A stretch of 64,000 bases of DNA from Porphyridium purpureum (lineage: Eukaryota): the NCBI GenBank assembly GCA_008690995.1, contig VRMN01000002.1, positions 558,001 through 622,000 of the forward strand, given 5' to 3'. A program made the position numbers and the translations under genes. The notes under the pieces are model-generated. The model did no database searches, was not told the origin of the DNA, and saw only the letters and a program-made list of their open reading frames with translations. Position 1 is the stretch's first letter. Each line of letters opens with the position of its first letter. Below are positions 10,286 to 23,579 of this stretch, in pieces.

Positions 10286-11131
10286 TCACACGGAAGAGCT
10301 CAGCGGGGCAGGGGCAGCGGGTACTGGGTACCCATTCATTGTCGCAGGGATGTACGCCGTCCCTTCCCACGTACTCGCAGAAGCTGCGGTCCTGTCACCG
10401 TGTAAATAGTCGTCGTGACGCATGGCGTCAACGGGCGGGATAGGTACTGGGTACGACGGCGAATACGTTTGCTCAGATGAATGTACTGGCAGAGGGTACG
10501 AGATACCTGGAGAGGCCTCACCGGGAAACAATGGCTCTTTCGCTGCAGGTGCCTGACAAAGCGGACAGACCGGCTTCCTTGATAGCCAACGCGATATGCA
10601 CGCAGAGTGGTATTCATGCCCACATCTCAATACTCGTTTCATGTTTCCAACCTCAATCAGCTCCAGGCAGACGCTGCAAGTCTCGACCTCACTGTTCACG
10701 GCCAGCTGCTCCACTTCCGGCGCGAACTGGTCAATTTGCGCCTTCCGGAGACCACTGTTGTGTCTCGAGGCTCGCTGCTGCATTGCGCCGCTACCTTGCG
10801 CGTCGACATCGACCGAATTTACCTGAGCGAGCGGTGGAGCCTCGAAGCCACTTCCAAACATTGGGTCTGGGTATGCGTCCTCCAGGTCCAGAATCTCTTC
10901 CCGGTGAGCGTTCGCGGCCCGCCTGCGGTTGACCAAGTAACGCATATACATAGGTCGCACCACACAAATGAACAAGGTGAACAGAACGATTGTGCCTACC
11001 ACCCAGTACAGAACGTTGGCCGAACTCGACAAAATGATGACGAGCACGCACACCACGACCATCAACACGATGATCAAAATGAAGGCGTTCGACGCCAAGA
11101 AGTCGAGTATCCATTGTATCACTGTATTCAT
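10286..11131 (-). CDS. Transmembrane RING-H2 E3 ubiquitin ligase (ATL-like)
   Basis: Two N-terminal hydrophobic helices and 'CSVCLE...LRCGHEYHSACISRWL...CPLC' (C3H2C3). Confidence 0.9.
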   Translation of the reverse strand: MNTVIQWILDFLASNAFILIIVLMVVVCVLVIILSSSANVLYWVVGTIVLFTLFICVVRPMYMRYLVNRRRAANAHREEILDLEDAYPDPMFGSGFEAPPLAQVNSVDVDAQGSGAMQQRASRHNSGLRKAQIDQFAPEVEQLAVNSEVETCSVCLELIEVGNMKRVLRCGHEYHSACISRWLSRKPVCPLCQAPAAKEPLFPGEASPGISYPLPVHSSEQTYSPSYPVPIPPVDAMRHDDYLHGDRTAASASTWEGTAYIPATMNGYPVPAAPAPLSSSV

Positions 11132-11692
11132 CTCCTCCGAGAGGTTCCCAAGAACCCGGCAGCGGTACGCCACACACGCACACACACCCGCTCGTTCGCA
11201 GCAGGGGATGCCGCGCGCAGCCGAGGGGAACTAAAACTGAAGTGGCGAGTCAGGTGCGGCAATATATAAGGAGCGCAGTGAGCAGGTGCAGTCACGACGC
11301 GCACACGTCTCGCCCAGCTTATGCCGACAGGTGTGATATTTCTCCGAGGAACGCTCGACCCAAATACGTGTAGCGCCAGCGCCCGGCAACCAAAGCTTCG
11401 CCTCGCCTTGCTTCGCAGCTGGAACTGACCCGCTTCCGCCATGACACCGGCGTACTGTACGCCGCCGTGTACACCCGCCGTGCGCACCGCCTCGAGTACA
11501 GCCGCCACTGTACCGTCGGTGCATGCCCCGGTTCTGTGGCGCAGGGTGCGGCGCACGTTGCTGCGCGCGACACCGCCTTGGTTGCGCTTGCTGGTGGAGC
11601 GCGGCTCGGAATCATACTGCCGGAACGTCAGCGTGACAGGCCACGGAGAGGATCGTTCGGACCGGGATGCTGCCCGGTCCTGCCCGAATGCG

Positions 11693-12745
11693 ATGGACGC
11701 GGACGAACTGCTCCCGGCGTTTGATATTGGCGATGACGAGCGCTTTACACACCGCCAGCACATGCTGGCCGGCGCGGTAGCCGGCATGATTGAGCACTCG
11801 TTCATGTTCCCCGTCGATACAATCAAGACGCGCATGCAGGTGTACGGCGCTGCGGCGCCGGCGCCAGACGCCTCCACAGGCCGACTGAACTCGCGCGCCA
11901 TGTGGCCGATGGTTCGCGCGATTGTGGGCACGGAGGGCGTCAGAACGCTTTGGAGGGGCATCGGTGCGGTCCTCATATCGGCCGGGCCAGCACATGCCGC
12001 CCATTTTTCCATATACGAGGCCGTGAAGCTGAATCTCACCCCACTTATGTCCGGCTACGGAGCACCGGACGCGATGGCTCACGCTATGGCTGGGGCAACG
12101 GCCACCATCAGTAGCGAGTCAATTATGGCACCAATGGACGTGATCAAGCAGCGAATGCAGCTGGGCGCGTCAGGTCCAAAAGCGGCAAGAGAGGGCGTCA
12201 TCCCGACCATCGTGCACGTGTATAGAAACTTTGGTTTTAGTGCGTTTTTCGCCGGGCTCAAAGCAACACTCGCCATGAGCATTCCGTTCAGTGCTACACA
12301 GTTTGTTGTGTATGAGGCCGTGAAAAGCAGCATTGTTTCACGCAATCGTCCTCACCTAGCAGCCGAAATACGCGAGAAAGGAAAAGGACGAGCGGCAGCC
12401 ACAAGTGCGTCCGAATTCCACCCAGGCCAACAGCAACCGGCAGACAGAATCGAAAATATGCCCTTCAATGCCGTACATCATTGCCTCGCCGGTGCTGCGG
12501 CAGGGGCCATCGCATCTGCGGTGACAAATCCACTGGATGTCGTCAAGACTCGACTGCAGACACAAGGTGAGATCGGCGCCCGCCGATACCGAGGAATGAT
12601 GCACGCCATTCGGCACATCTGGATCGAAGAGCGGGTGCCGGGATTCCTGCGCGGCATCAAACCGCGCATCATGTTCCATGCTCCCGCCGCTGCGATTTGC
12701 TGGACCACGTATGAGCTGAGCAAGCACATCATTGGCTTGCAGTAG
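11693..12745 (+). CDS. Mitochondrial carrier, mitoferrin (MRS3/MRS4) type
   Basis: Three Px[DE]xxK motifs (FPVDTIKTR, APMDVIKQR, NPLDVVKTR) plus 'AGMIEHSFMFP' and 'AGPAHAAHFSIYE'. Likely start is MDADELL. Confidence 0.92.
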   Translation: MDADELLPAFDIGDDERFTHRQHMLAGAVAGMIEHSFMFPVDTIKTRMQVYGAAAPAPDASTGRLNSRAMWPMVRAIVGTEGVRTLWRGIGAVLISAGPAHAAHFSIYEAVKLNLTPLMSGYGAPDAMAHAMAGATATISSESIMAPMDVIKQRMQLGASGPKAAREGVIPTIVHVYRNFGFSAFFAGLKATLAMSIPFSATQFVVYEAVKSSIVSRNRPHLAAEIREKGKGRAAATSASEFHPGQQQPADRIENMPFNAVHHCLAGAAAGAIASAVTNPLDVVKTRLQTQGEIGARRYRGMMHAIRHIWIEERVPGFLRGIKPRIMFHAPAAAICWTTYELSKHIIGLQ

Positions 12746-12830
12746 TAAATGTATGCGGGACTCATCCGCAGCGCTCGGTGACGCATGAATTCTTACCGAT
12801 GCGATCCCATCGCATGAGCCAGGCTTGTAT

Positions 12831-13265
12831 CTAGTTGTAGTCCGGGTTGAGGTTCTCTGGAATCCGCTCATTTCCATCGCCCTCGACGCTTTTGTCTCTT
12901 TTCCAAGCATCACGCATGCTTTCCATCATTCTGTTCCTTGCCTGCGCTGCTTCCCCACGCGAAACCCATCCGCACTTTGCACAAAAGGAGTGCGTCAGAC
13001 CGGGAATCGTGTAGAGTGATCGACACGTCGTGCACTTTCCGTACCGATTTTCCTTCAGCGCCTTGACAACCACCTCCCATTCGTATCCTTCGATTTCCGT
13101 ACCTGTTTGCGTGTGAATCTTGTCTTTGGGCACGCAACGCAGCGTCACGGTAGCCGCCGGGCGCGTTGGCCGGTGCGGACGATATGATACAACTGGCCGC
13201 ACATGTGCGCGTGAGGCATGGTTTCCCGTCGGAATTACCGGAGGGCAGAAAAAGGCCTGCTCCAT
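12831..13265 (-). CDS. Small putative plastid protein with a CxxC...CxxC zinc ribbon
   Basis: N-terminus MEQAFF followed by an R/P/T-rich transit-like peptide; CTTC-x12-CAKCGW. Confidence 0.7.
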   Translation of the reverse strand: MEQAFFCPPVIPTGNHASRAHVRPVVSYRPHRPTRPAATVTLRCVPKDKIHTQTGTEIEGYEWEVVVKALKENRYGKCTTCRSLYTIPGLTHSFCAKCGWVSRGEAAQARNRMMESMRDAWKRDKSVEGDGNERIPENLNPDYN

Positions 13266-13503
13266 GCTTGGCAACCTACATCGGTACGCTGCCTCTCAAA
13301 CGATCCGAACCGGTTGAAAGTTTTGGCAGAAATGGTGATGGTTTGATTCATGAGGAACCCCGGTCCACGCCGGCCAGTGCTGCTGTTTACTAACGCTAAA
13401 ATGAAAGTTCTGCAGTCTACACAGGGGCACCCGTTTCCTCCACCTTTGAGGCGGGAACTAAAGTCCCACCCGAAGAGGGGCTTCCAAACGCTGCTCAACA
13501 ATT

Positions 13504-16440
13504 TCAAATCGAGACGTCTACTTCTGGTAAATCATCCAACAGAAAATTCTCTGGGTTTTGATGAGTCTCCTCTGCGACGGCTTTCATCGACATCTGACCT
13601 GGCGCCGTGTGGAAATTGAATTTCCGCTTCGTCTTCACAGTCACTCGAAGACCAAACACAGAACTATACTTTGCGCGTGCGTCGAACGAAAGCCCGTGTC
13701 GCTTCGAATGAAAAGCAGCCAGTCCCACAACACCCCCTGGCGATGGTGGTTGCTCTGCCATGGGCTTTCCTACAGCTGGCGAACGCCACGCAGGCGGCTC
13801 AATGTTCATCCGCCGCGACCAATCGTCAACAATGGGCGCCACACAGCGTTCATTCGGATCCGCCATAAAAATATCTGAGCTTCTGTTCTCGGAGTGGCCT
13901 ACTTTGTCCCTTTTCTTCCGACGGTTCAAAGATTGCAACCATAGTGCATTGAAATCGTCACTGCTCTGAAAAGGATTTTTGCTGCGTCCTTCCTCCTTGT
14001 CGAAGCCACCGACACGAAACGAGCTCGCAACACTCGGCGCTTCGGCGAATGGACGGCTTTCATCTTTGGACAAGAAATCTTGAGGAGTTAGCTTTTCCGC
14101 ATGGAACAAATCATGCTCGAGGGCCTCGGCTGCAGTCCAACGCATTTTCGGAACTACGCAAAGAAGCTTGCTGACCAAAGTCGCGAACTGGTCAAAGAGT
14201 GGATTCTTCAACACCGCGCCCCGTCCCTTAGCTTGTAGACGATTCGCAACGAGCACCATGATAGGGGTCGTAGATTCTGCATTCCCATCTGTGAGGGCTT
14301 GAACCTCGCTCTTCATGCGAAACTCTCCAGAAGCGTCTTTCTCAAAAAAGACAGGAGCTTTCTTGCCGCCCAAAATCATACTCTCGGGTATGCCATGAAA
14401 CCGATCGGCGATCAGAGCCAGCTGCTCAGCTTCCGAGCGCCCGGGAAAGAGCGGCTCGCCGGTTAAAAGCTCAATCATAATGCAACCGGCACTCCAAATG
14501 TCAATCTTGGTATTAAAACCACAGCCCAGGATAACCTCTGGAGCTCGATAAAAGCGCGACTGTATGTAATCTTGCGGAGCTTGTCCGACGCGACATGCTG
14601 ACCCAAAATCAATGACCTTAATCGATACGTCAAAGGGACTCCCTGTCCGCAGTAAAATGTTCTCGGGTTTCAGGTCGCAGTGCACGAGATTAATCCCTGG
14701 AGAATGGAGGAATTTGAGACACTCCAGGATAGACTTGCCTATCTCGATCACCAATTTCAATTCAATCCCACGAAATTCCTGTTGGGCGATCCAGTCATAC
14801 AATGAACCTGCCAACACTTCGCTGACAATTACCTGATGCCCACGATAAATAAAGCAATCGCTCATACGCATGATGTGATGCTCATCGTGCGGGTCCTCAC
14901 GCATTAGAATGCTCAGTACCGCAAGTTCCTGCACTGTGGCATCAAAGAAGGCCTTTTGGCTTTTGATAATCTTCACGGCCACAAACTTCCGCTCGATCGT
15001 GTCCCAAGCTTTCAGTACATGTCCGAAAGTGCCTCGTCCAATTAATTGCAACAGCACGTAGCGCTTCGCGAACCACTCGCCCCCATAGTAAAAATAGTCC
15101 GACTCTGCATCATCGTATCGTGCCTGCGAGTATTTGCACGTTGGTGTCGGGCACATATGCTCAATCAATGCCTCAGATTCATCCTCACGGTGCTTTCTTG
15201 AAGAAGACCTCATCAAATTTGGTACAGAACGTGAACCGTCTTCATGCTCACCTTGTGCTGCGCCACTATACGAATTCGAGCGCTCGCGGTCCTCAGAATG
15301 ATTCGGGTCATGAGGCTCGGAGATCAACTCGTTCTTCATATTGGCAATCGCCCGCAAGGGGGCTGCCAGGTGCTTTGGCAATGGTAACAGATCTCCAACA
15401 TTGCTTGCCTTTTGCCGCTGCCAGCCACCATTCGAATTATTTGCTGAAAAAGGTCTTTTGTCCGTGCTTCCTTCGACGTCCGTGTTAAAGCGCACGGCGT
15501 AAAATTGTGAAGACCGATCGTGCTTCTCCTTCCTCGATAAAACAGATGCTGACCCGCCATCCAATTCATGCTGCTCCTCGTTATCTTGTTGCGGCTTTCC
15601 CTGCTCAGAAGAAATGCGCAACCACTCATTCTTGTGCTTCTTATGATTTTCAAAGCTTCCGCCAGAGGCACGCAGAAATTTCGTTCCTCCAGAAATCTGC
15701 GACGGAATCGCAGCTGCCGTAGACAAGGCGCGAGGGGCCAAACTATGAAGCCTTGGAAGCGGAGTGGGCTCTTCGCAAGAATTTCCTCCAGACGAAACCG
15801 AGTTGACATCGAATTCTTCATCATTCTCAAGCTGGGCGTCCAGCTCGAGAGCAAATGCATCCAACTTTGCCCTTACCTCAAGCGTGCTCGCGTCTGAAGT
15901 ACTCGAAGCGGCTACGGAGTTCACTCTTTTCATGCCTCTTGACATGTCGACGTCAGCGGCGCTCTGCTGAATTCGAAACGCCTTGTTCGTTGAAGATTTC
16001 AGGAGCTCACCCAACTCATTCAGTGGGTTTGACACGACAGAAACTGCCTCCGTGTCATGACTCTGGACGCGCGTTGCGACCTTGGATGATTGCGAAGAGC
16101 TGCTTTCGCGAGCCGGGTCCCGGAGAATCATCCCCTGGTCGGTCCGAGAGTCGGTACTGAGTCTGGACGGATTGACAGGCATTGACTCGTGTGCAGGTCG
16201 GGCCGATCGCGACGGGTCACGCAAAACCGCGTCCGTAGAGTGCACACGCCCCCAGTTCCCTGGCGAGGCTGTTTCAACAGCCGGGGACTGGGCGTGTGAG
16301 TGCTCTGCGCTTGGCATGCCCGACTGCCGAGCGGCATCCGCTGACGATTTGGACTTCCAGTCATCCTTGCCGTGCTGGCTCTTGTCGCCGCCAGCCTTGT
16401 CGGCTGGCCTTTTCTGAAACAGTGTTTTTGCTCGGAACAT
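13504..16440 (-). CDS. DYRK-family dual-specificity protein kinase
   Basis: DH box 'YDDAESDY', GRGTFG, VAVK, HCDLKPEN, DFG, 'YIQSRFYRAPE'; long Ser-rich N-terminus. Confidence 0.95.
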   Translation of the reverse strand: MFRAKTLFQKRPADKAGGDKSQHGKDDWKSKSSADAARQSGMPSAEHSHAQSPAVETASPGNWGRVHSTDAVLRDPSRSARPAHESMPVNPSRLSTDSRTDQGMILRDPARESSSSQSSKVATRVQSHDTEAVSVVSNPLNELGELLKSSTNKAFRIQQSAADVDMSRGMKRVNSVAASSTSDASTLEVRAKLDAFALELDAQLENDEEFDVNSVSSGGNSCEEPTPLPRLHSLAPRALSTAAAIPSQISGGTKFLRASGGSFENHKKHKNEWLRISSEQGKPQQDNEEQHELDGGSASVLSRKEKHDRSSQFYAVRFNTDVEGSTDKRPFSANNSNGGWQRQKASNVGDLLPLPKHLAAPLRAIANMKNELISEPHDPNHSEDRERSNSYSGAAQGEHEDGSRSVPNLMRSSSRKHREDESEALIEHMCPTPTCKYSQARYDDAESDYFYYGGEWFAKRYVLLQLIGRGTFGHVLKAWDTIERKFVAVKIIKSQKAFFDATVQELAVLSILMREDPHDEHHIMRMSDCFIYRGHQVIVSEVLAGSLYDWIAQQEFRGIELKLVIEIGKSILECLKFLHSPGINLVHCDLKPENILLRTGSPFDVSIKVIDFGSACRVGQAPQDYIQSRFYRAPEVILGCGFNTKIDIWSAGCIMIELLTGEPLFPGRSEAEQLALIADRFHGIPESMILGGKKAPVFFEKDASGEFRMKSEVQALTDGNAESTTPIMVLVANRLQAKGRGAVLKNPLFDQFATLVSKLLCVVPKMRWTAAEALEHDLFHAEKLTPQDFLSKDESRPFAEAPSVASSFRVGGFDKEEGRSKNPFQSSDDFNALWLQSLNRRKKRDKVGHSENRSSDIFMADPNERCVAPIVDDWSRRMNIEPPAWRSPAVGKPMAEQPPSPGGVVGLAAFHSKRHGLSFDARAKYSSVFGLRVTVKTKRKFNFHTAPGQMSMKAVAEETHQNPENFLLDDLPEVDVSI

Positions 16441-16791
16441 GTCAGAACGGAATCACGCGGCTCTGGCGTACGGCGCAGGTGCGAAGCGCAGGACAGGATG
16501 GGTCGCACAACTCGCACACGCCAGCGCCCAAGCACCGAGCAACTCCCAGCTCACCACCCACGAACAGTACACACTGTACTTCCACCCAGCCCGAGCGCGC
16601 GCTGTACCGAGGTGTACAGCTTCGGCTCCCGTGCGGGCGCCGGCTCAGCGAACACGCGCCCCGCGCGCTCCGCGCGCTGGGCGAGATTCACGCGCTGGAC
16701 GAGCGGCTCGAGGTGGCGCGCGGAAGAAGCCCGGCGGTGGCGATGAGCCCTGGGCGTGATCAGGCTAGACGGAGCTGACAGCACAGCGGTC

Positions 16792-17934
16792 ATGGAAACC
16801 GGCATCATAGCGCCGCGTGTCTCGGTTGAGCCGGCCGCGCACCGCGTTGAAACCAGATCACAACGCACCACGCCGACGGTGGCTTACAAAGTACGACACG
16901 TGACAACATGCTTCGCACCGTCGTCTCCATCTCCGTTGCGTCGAACATGGGACAGAGGCAGCGCAGACTCGGAGCGTACGAGAAGTTTTTCAGCGGTCTG
17001 TTCGCAGGCTCATGCCGAGACGAAGCGGGTTGCGACCAAACGGTTCTGTAAGAGAAGACGCCCGCTTGGTGGCGGCTATTGCTCTGGCGTTTTCGAGTTA
17101 GCAGCGGCTTCAAATGACAGTAATGGTTCCGAATCAGGCTCTGATCTAACCAACACATCTTCCAAATCAGGAAAGGAGGATCGCATGTTCACAAACATCA
17201 ATATTTCAGAAACCGCGAGTCAGGCAGCGGCGCAGGCGGCAAATGCAGCTTCACAAGCTGCGAGCGCGGCGCGCAGCATGGTGGAAAATCCCGACTCGCT
17301 GGGTGTGTTCAGGTCGTTCTTTCTCTTTGCTGGTTACTTTGTCGCTCTGCTGTCTCTGGTGCGGCGAAGCATTATGGCTGCCACGCATCCGTACGAACGT
17401 GTTCTTCTTTCAGCACTAGCGATTGCGCTACCAGACCTGGCACGAAACTCCTTCTCAAATCTCAGCCAAAGAATTTCTGCGCTTCGGGAAAAGGTAGGAG
17501 AATCCTCCAAAGGTGTTCTTGAGAGAAACGCTGAGACCGCGAGAACGAACGAAGCTGGTGAGGACAAAGTGGAAAAAAGCTTTCCGAGACACGCGGCTCT
17601 AGCCTCATTCACATCTCTGATGACCCTTCTTGGCTTTTGGCGGGCTGGATTTAGTCGCATCAGCTCAGGAGCGGTTCTGGTCGCCTTGTCGCGTGTTTTT
17701 TTCGACGCCGCTGTGCAGTTCAAGTGGGTGAATGGCTCTGCTTTCATGATGCGAAGAGAAAATCGCACCTTCGCGATGGTCTTCGATTTTGTTCTATTGA
17801 GTTTTGCTGTGTGTTGCCACATCCAGATGGCTCCGGTGATTTGTTCTTTTGGCTTTCTGCTCATGGTTTGCTCCTATCATCTCTCCAAATATGACATTGA
17901 GCTTGTCACAGGCCGGTCTTCGCCGCGCGTCTAA
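16792..17934 (+). CDS. Multi-pass membrane protein of unknown function with a long S/T/R-rich N-terminus (possible transit peptide)
   Basis: Long ORF with several hydrophobic segments in the C-terminal half. Alternative start at 17185. Confidence 0.7.
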   Translation: METGIIAPRVSVEPAAHRVETRSQRTTPTVAYKVRHVTTCFAPSSPSPLRRTWDRGSADSERTRSFSAVCSQAHAETKRVATKRFCKRRRPLGGGYCSGVFELAAASNDSNGSESGSDLTNTSSKSGKEDRMFTNINISETASQAAAQAANAASQAASAARSMVENPDSLGVFRSFFLFAGYFVALLSLVRRSIMAATHPYERVLLSALAIALPDLARNSFSNLSQRISALREKVGESSKGVLERNAETARTNEAGEDKVEKSFPRHAALASFTSLMTLLGFWRAGFSRISSGAVLVALSRVFFDAAVQFKWVNGSAFMMRRENRTFAMVFDFVLLSFAVCCHIQMAPVICSFGFLLMVCSYHLSKYDIELVTGRSSPRV

Positions 17935-18643
17935 CTTTTGCGTCGTTCGACATCTATGTGGCTCATTCAAGTGTGATGTCAAGTTGAAATGATCGCCCCG
18001 AGATGCATCGAACCGCGTAGGACCCGGCGGCAAACACTGATATCCCAAGCAGGATATGGTAAAGCCTTATCGGCTTTGACTCGCTTTACGAACCTTCCGT
18101 CAATTGTCGGTCTCGCGGAGGAGTGTGACGGGTTCCCCTTGGCTTTCGAAGTCTTCCGTGGAGACTCATGTGCAAAATTCCTCTTCGATCGACCGTGCAA
18201 CGGCAGATGTCACCATTAAAGATATTTGCACCGGATAGTATTATTTTGGAGTTCATTGAACACTGAAGAAAGGTGCTGAAACCAAGGCGCTATCGTTGAA
18301 GGTATGCTTTCTCACACCAACCATGAGGGCTTTAGACGCTCTGCAACATTTGCAGAGCATCAAGTCAAGCTGCCCGCTATACTTCATTCGCAATCCGGCT
18401 GGAACCCATTTGGACCGTCCCAGTTATCAGCTTGCAGAGACTTCCAAACCGGTCTGTCAAGGATTGGGGTGGGTAAATTCACGCAAGACTTTATTTTCTT
18501 GTCTTTGTATCTTGGGAATGATAGATGTAAACACGTTTACGGATGCATCGATCCATCACCACTTTACCTGGCGTCAATTACTATCCACGCAAGGATGACC
18601 TGCGGTCGAGCGCTCATCGCGCTCATCACACGCAAGTGCTATC

Positions 18644-20551
<1,908 letters not shown>

Positions 20552-21377
20552 TCAGTGCGCCCTCGCCCAAGCTCTCCACCTCTGTGCGCACGCACTGGAT
20601 TCCAGTTGGCGGGCTTCCAAGCGTGCCGCGCAGTGTGGCACAGATCCACCGATCTTCGGGGTCATCGCCCGCGCCAATCCGCCTTCGTTAAAATAACGCA
20701 TTTATTAAAGCCCTGACAACAGCGCACTGCACCCACTGTACCTCCGGCGCAACCGCTGGCCCACAGTCGGCACGCGGCTCTGCAGTCGCCAAGCCGAAGC
20801 GCTCTGCGCGCTCGCGGCGGCGACGAGCATATCAGAGCGCATGTGAGCGCGCGGGCGGGTTGCTGCTCCGGGGACACGCGGCGCACACCTCCCCCGCGCC
20901 GCTCGGGGGTCCATCATTTATCCAGAACGCGCGCGCGGGCGCAGATGAAGACATCAAGTGCGCAAGCCCGTGCCCGTTTGGTCGTGAGGGCGCGATGCTC
21001 AACGTGCAACGATTCTGAAGAGACTGGTGTACATTGCCCCCAGCTCCGAGCGACACGCTGTGGGAGCTGCTCCGCACCATATATACCTGAGCAACAAATG
21101 TCAGAGGCGTGCGATGGCCAGTCTGAAATTCGGCACTGTACGGACTGGAGCGTAGTCACTGGCTGCTGGATACTTCAGTGTTTGGCGGCACGCCGAAGAA
21201 TCACCTTCTCTTTGGCCACCATCTGCCCGATGTGTTGAGGCGACGCTATCATTGATGATACTTGTTCGGTGTGTACACACTCGAAAGCTTCCCTTCCGCA
21301 TGTGCCGGGTCTTTAGTGCAAGTCGAAATGGAAATCATGAGCGATGAAATCATGTCTTTGCACATATTCTCCATTCG

Positions 21378-21413
21378 GGAGAAAGGCTCCAATCAGGAGA
21401 AAGGCTCCAATCA
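21378..21413 (+). repeat. Exact 18-bp tandem duplication GGAGAAAGGCTCCAATCA x2
   Basis: Read directly from the sequence. Confidence 0.9.
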
Positions 21414-23579
21414 GTCTGCGTTGGAAGTATCTTCGGAAAGGCAAGATGATATTTCAGTACCACGTGTCGTCCAATTCTGGAAGACATTGCGGAAGGTACG
21501 AAGAATTGGGCCGCAACAGCTGCGCCTATTTTGTGGCGTGAGGGGTGGACTGTGTTTTTAAATGTCTTGAAGGATTACCCGGCAGCTTCTGTTTCGGTGT
21601 TCAGGGTACGACTTCTGCGGAGGACTGCTCGTCGATGACGTCCATGATTTTGTGGCTTCTTCCCACCGCAGCAAATCGTAGACTCGTGATGGAGTCTTAA
21701 AGTTGTGCCGGTCCGTGGACAGTCTCCGCCGAAAGCTTCAGAACTGCTCCTTTCGGAGTCAGATTCTGCCGTACCCGGGAGAGTGAACCATCCGCGAAGA
21801 TAAAGATTCGAAACGAAAGGCGACTAGCTTTTTTGGCAAGCGAGAAGCGGTTTGTTTTGTGAAAGGGCAACGAGATCCAAGAGAAAATGAAGATACAGGT
21901 CGAGTCTGAGACTTCATTGAGGCCAAAATTCGTTTGCATGCTTCATTCAAAGTCCTTCAGACTGTATGACGGTCATAATTTCCACCATCCTTTGCAAGAG
22001 AATGGGGACAGACAAGTAGCTTGAGAGCGGAAACGCGAAGCGACTTCATTCTGTTGAACGCTGTCATGTCAACTGAGCTCTCTGCTGTAAATATCGTACA
22101 GAAATCCTTACCTCTTTTTGATCACAGGTGTTCAGGCTAATCAATGCGACGGCACAATACCGCCTGCCATCTGTGAACCACTTGTCTGCGAGCACCCAAT
22201 GTCCGGAGCCCCTGCTTTCACGATACATAAGCAAGAACCGACTACCTGGCGCAACTGGTTTGTGACTGTGGCTGGCGGTGTGCATATTACATCAAAACTC
22301 GCGGGCGCTCCTTAGCACATTACCGGTTTTCTTGATCGCAACAAAGTCTGGACATCTTCCACGAGAAAGGATGGGAAAGGCATTGCCTAGAAAAAACTAG
22401 AAACACTTCTGACAATCCAGTGCGAGGTCGCGTTCCAAGCCGAGATCTGACAGGTATTTTGATATCTCAATGCACCTATTCACATAGTTCAGGAAATGCA
22501 TTTCCCAAAGAGATCCTGCATCTTCACGTTCGAGTGGCCTGACAGAAGCTGAATTGATGTCTTCGTACAAATACTAGTCAAAATGAGCTAATCTTTTGAA
22601 CAAAATCTTTCTGAATCAAAAGAAGACACCGGCCAAAGACAATACACCTGGATAATCACATTTAAAGAGAAAAGTCGCTCTCAAAGCAACTTTCGTTGTT
22701 GACGAGGCATTCGACGAAGACCATGACTTAGCCTTCCACAAGACATCAGATGACATCATCTCGGGTGAACAAGTATTGGTACTTGAACAAGCTACGATAT
22801 AAAACGACAAGAATCTCCGCTAAAGCATTTTAGGGCATGTTGATGGTACTGGAGCAGAGAAAAGTTCTAAATTCGCTCTTAGTCTACGCGCCATTGAACG
22901 AGAAAAATGCATGTCAGCATGAGATCTCATCCCATCACCTACGTCATTGCTATCGAAGAGCACCAAAATGGAAGAAGCCTTACACTTGATCAATCACTAC
23001 GAATCTTTCAGACACACAACATCAAAAGCGAAGACAACATTCCGTATTTCACTCAATCCCGGGGTTGCCATGATTACCAACGAAGATCGCCATACAAGAT
23101 AAGATTACATTCAAACTCGTAATGGCGATCGCGGGAAAGTGCAAAAGATTTCTGTGAACGAAAGAATGATAAAAGCTAGTACCCCAAGGCTTGCGAAAGA
23201 GCGAATTGTCACAAGTGAAGATCCAATGTTCGCAGACAGCCCCTGTCCAGCAGTTAATGATGTAGCACTCGGAACGAAAGGTAAATTAAAACCGATCCGC
23301 CAAATCTCATTTGTTATTCAAACATGTATGTCATTGATTCAGTTTCTTGCACTGATTGCCATCGAACTGTTGGTACCCGACATTTCTCTGACAACGTATT
23401 GAGTGTTTAATTTATATCAAAGGAATTCTGAGGCACTCATGGAAAGCCACTTCACGAATTTGACATTCGGGGGAAGAATATTGACTTTCGAAGCATGAGT
23501 CCACAAGGCGCACAGATTTTAATCCTGAAACAAAATTTGTCGGTATTCATTGCGAGAAAGAAGGGTTTCGCCCTGATCA

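Noticed and set aside
18561..18572. U1 snRNA-like ACTTTACCTGG (also present in the LTRs)
   Set aside because: The match is imperfect, and no U1 stem-loops or Sm site follow.
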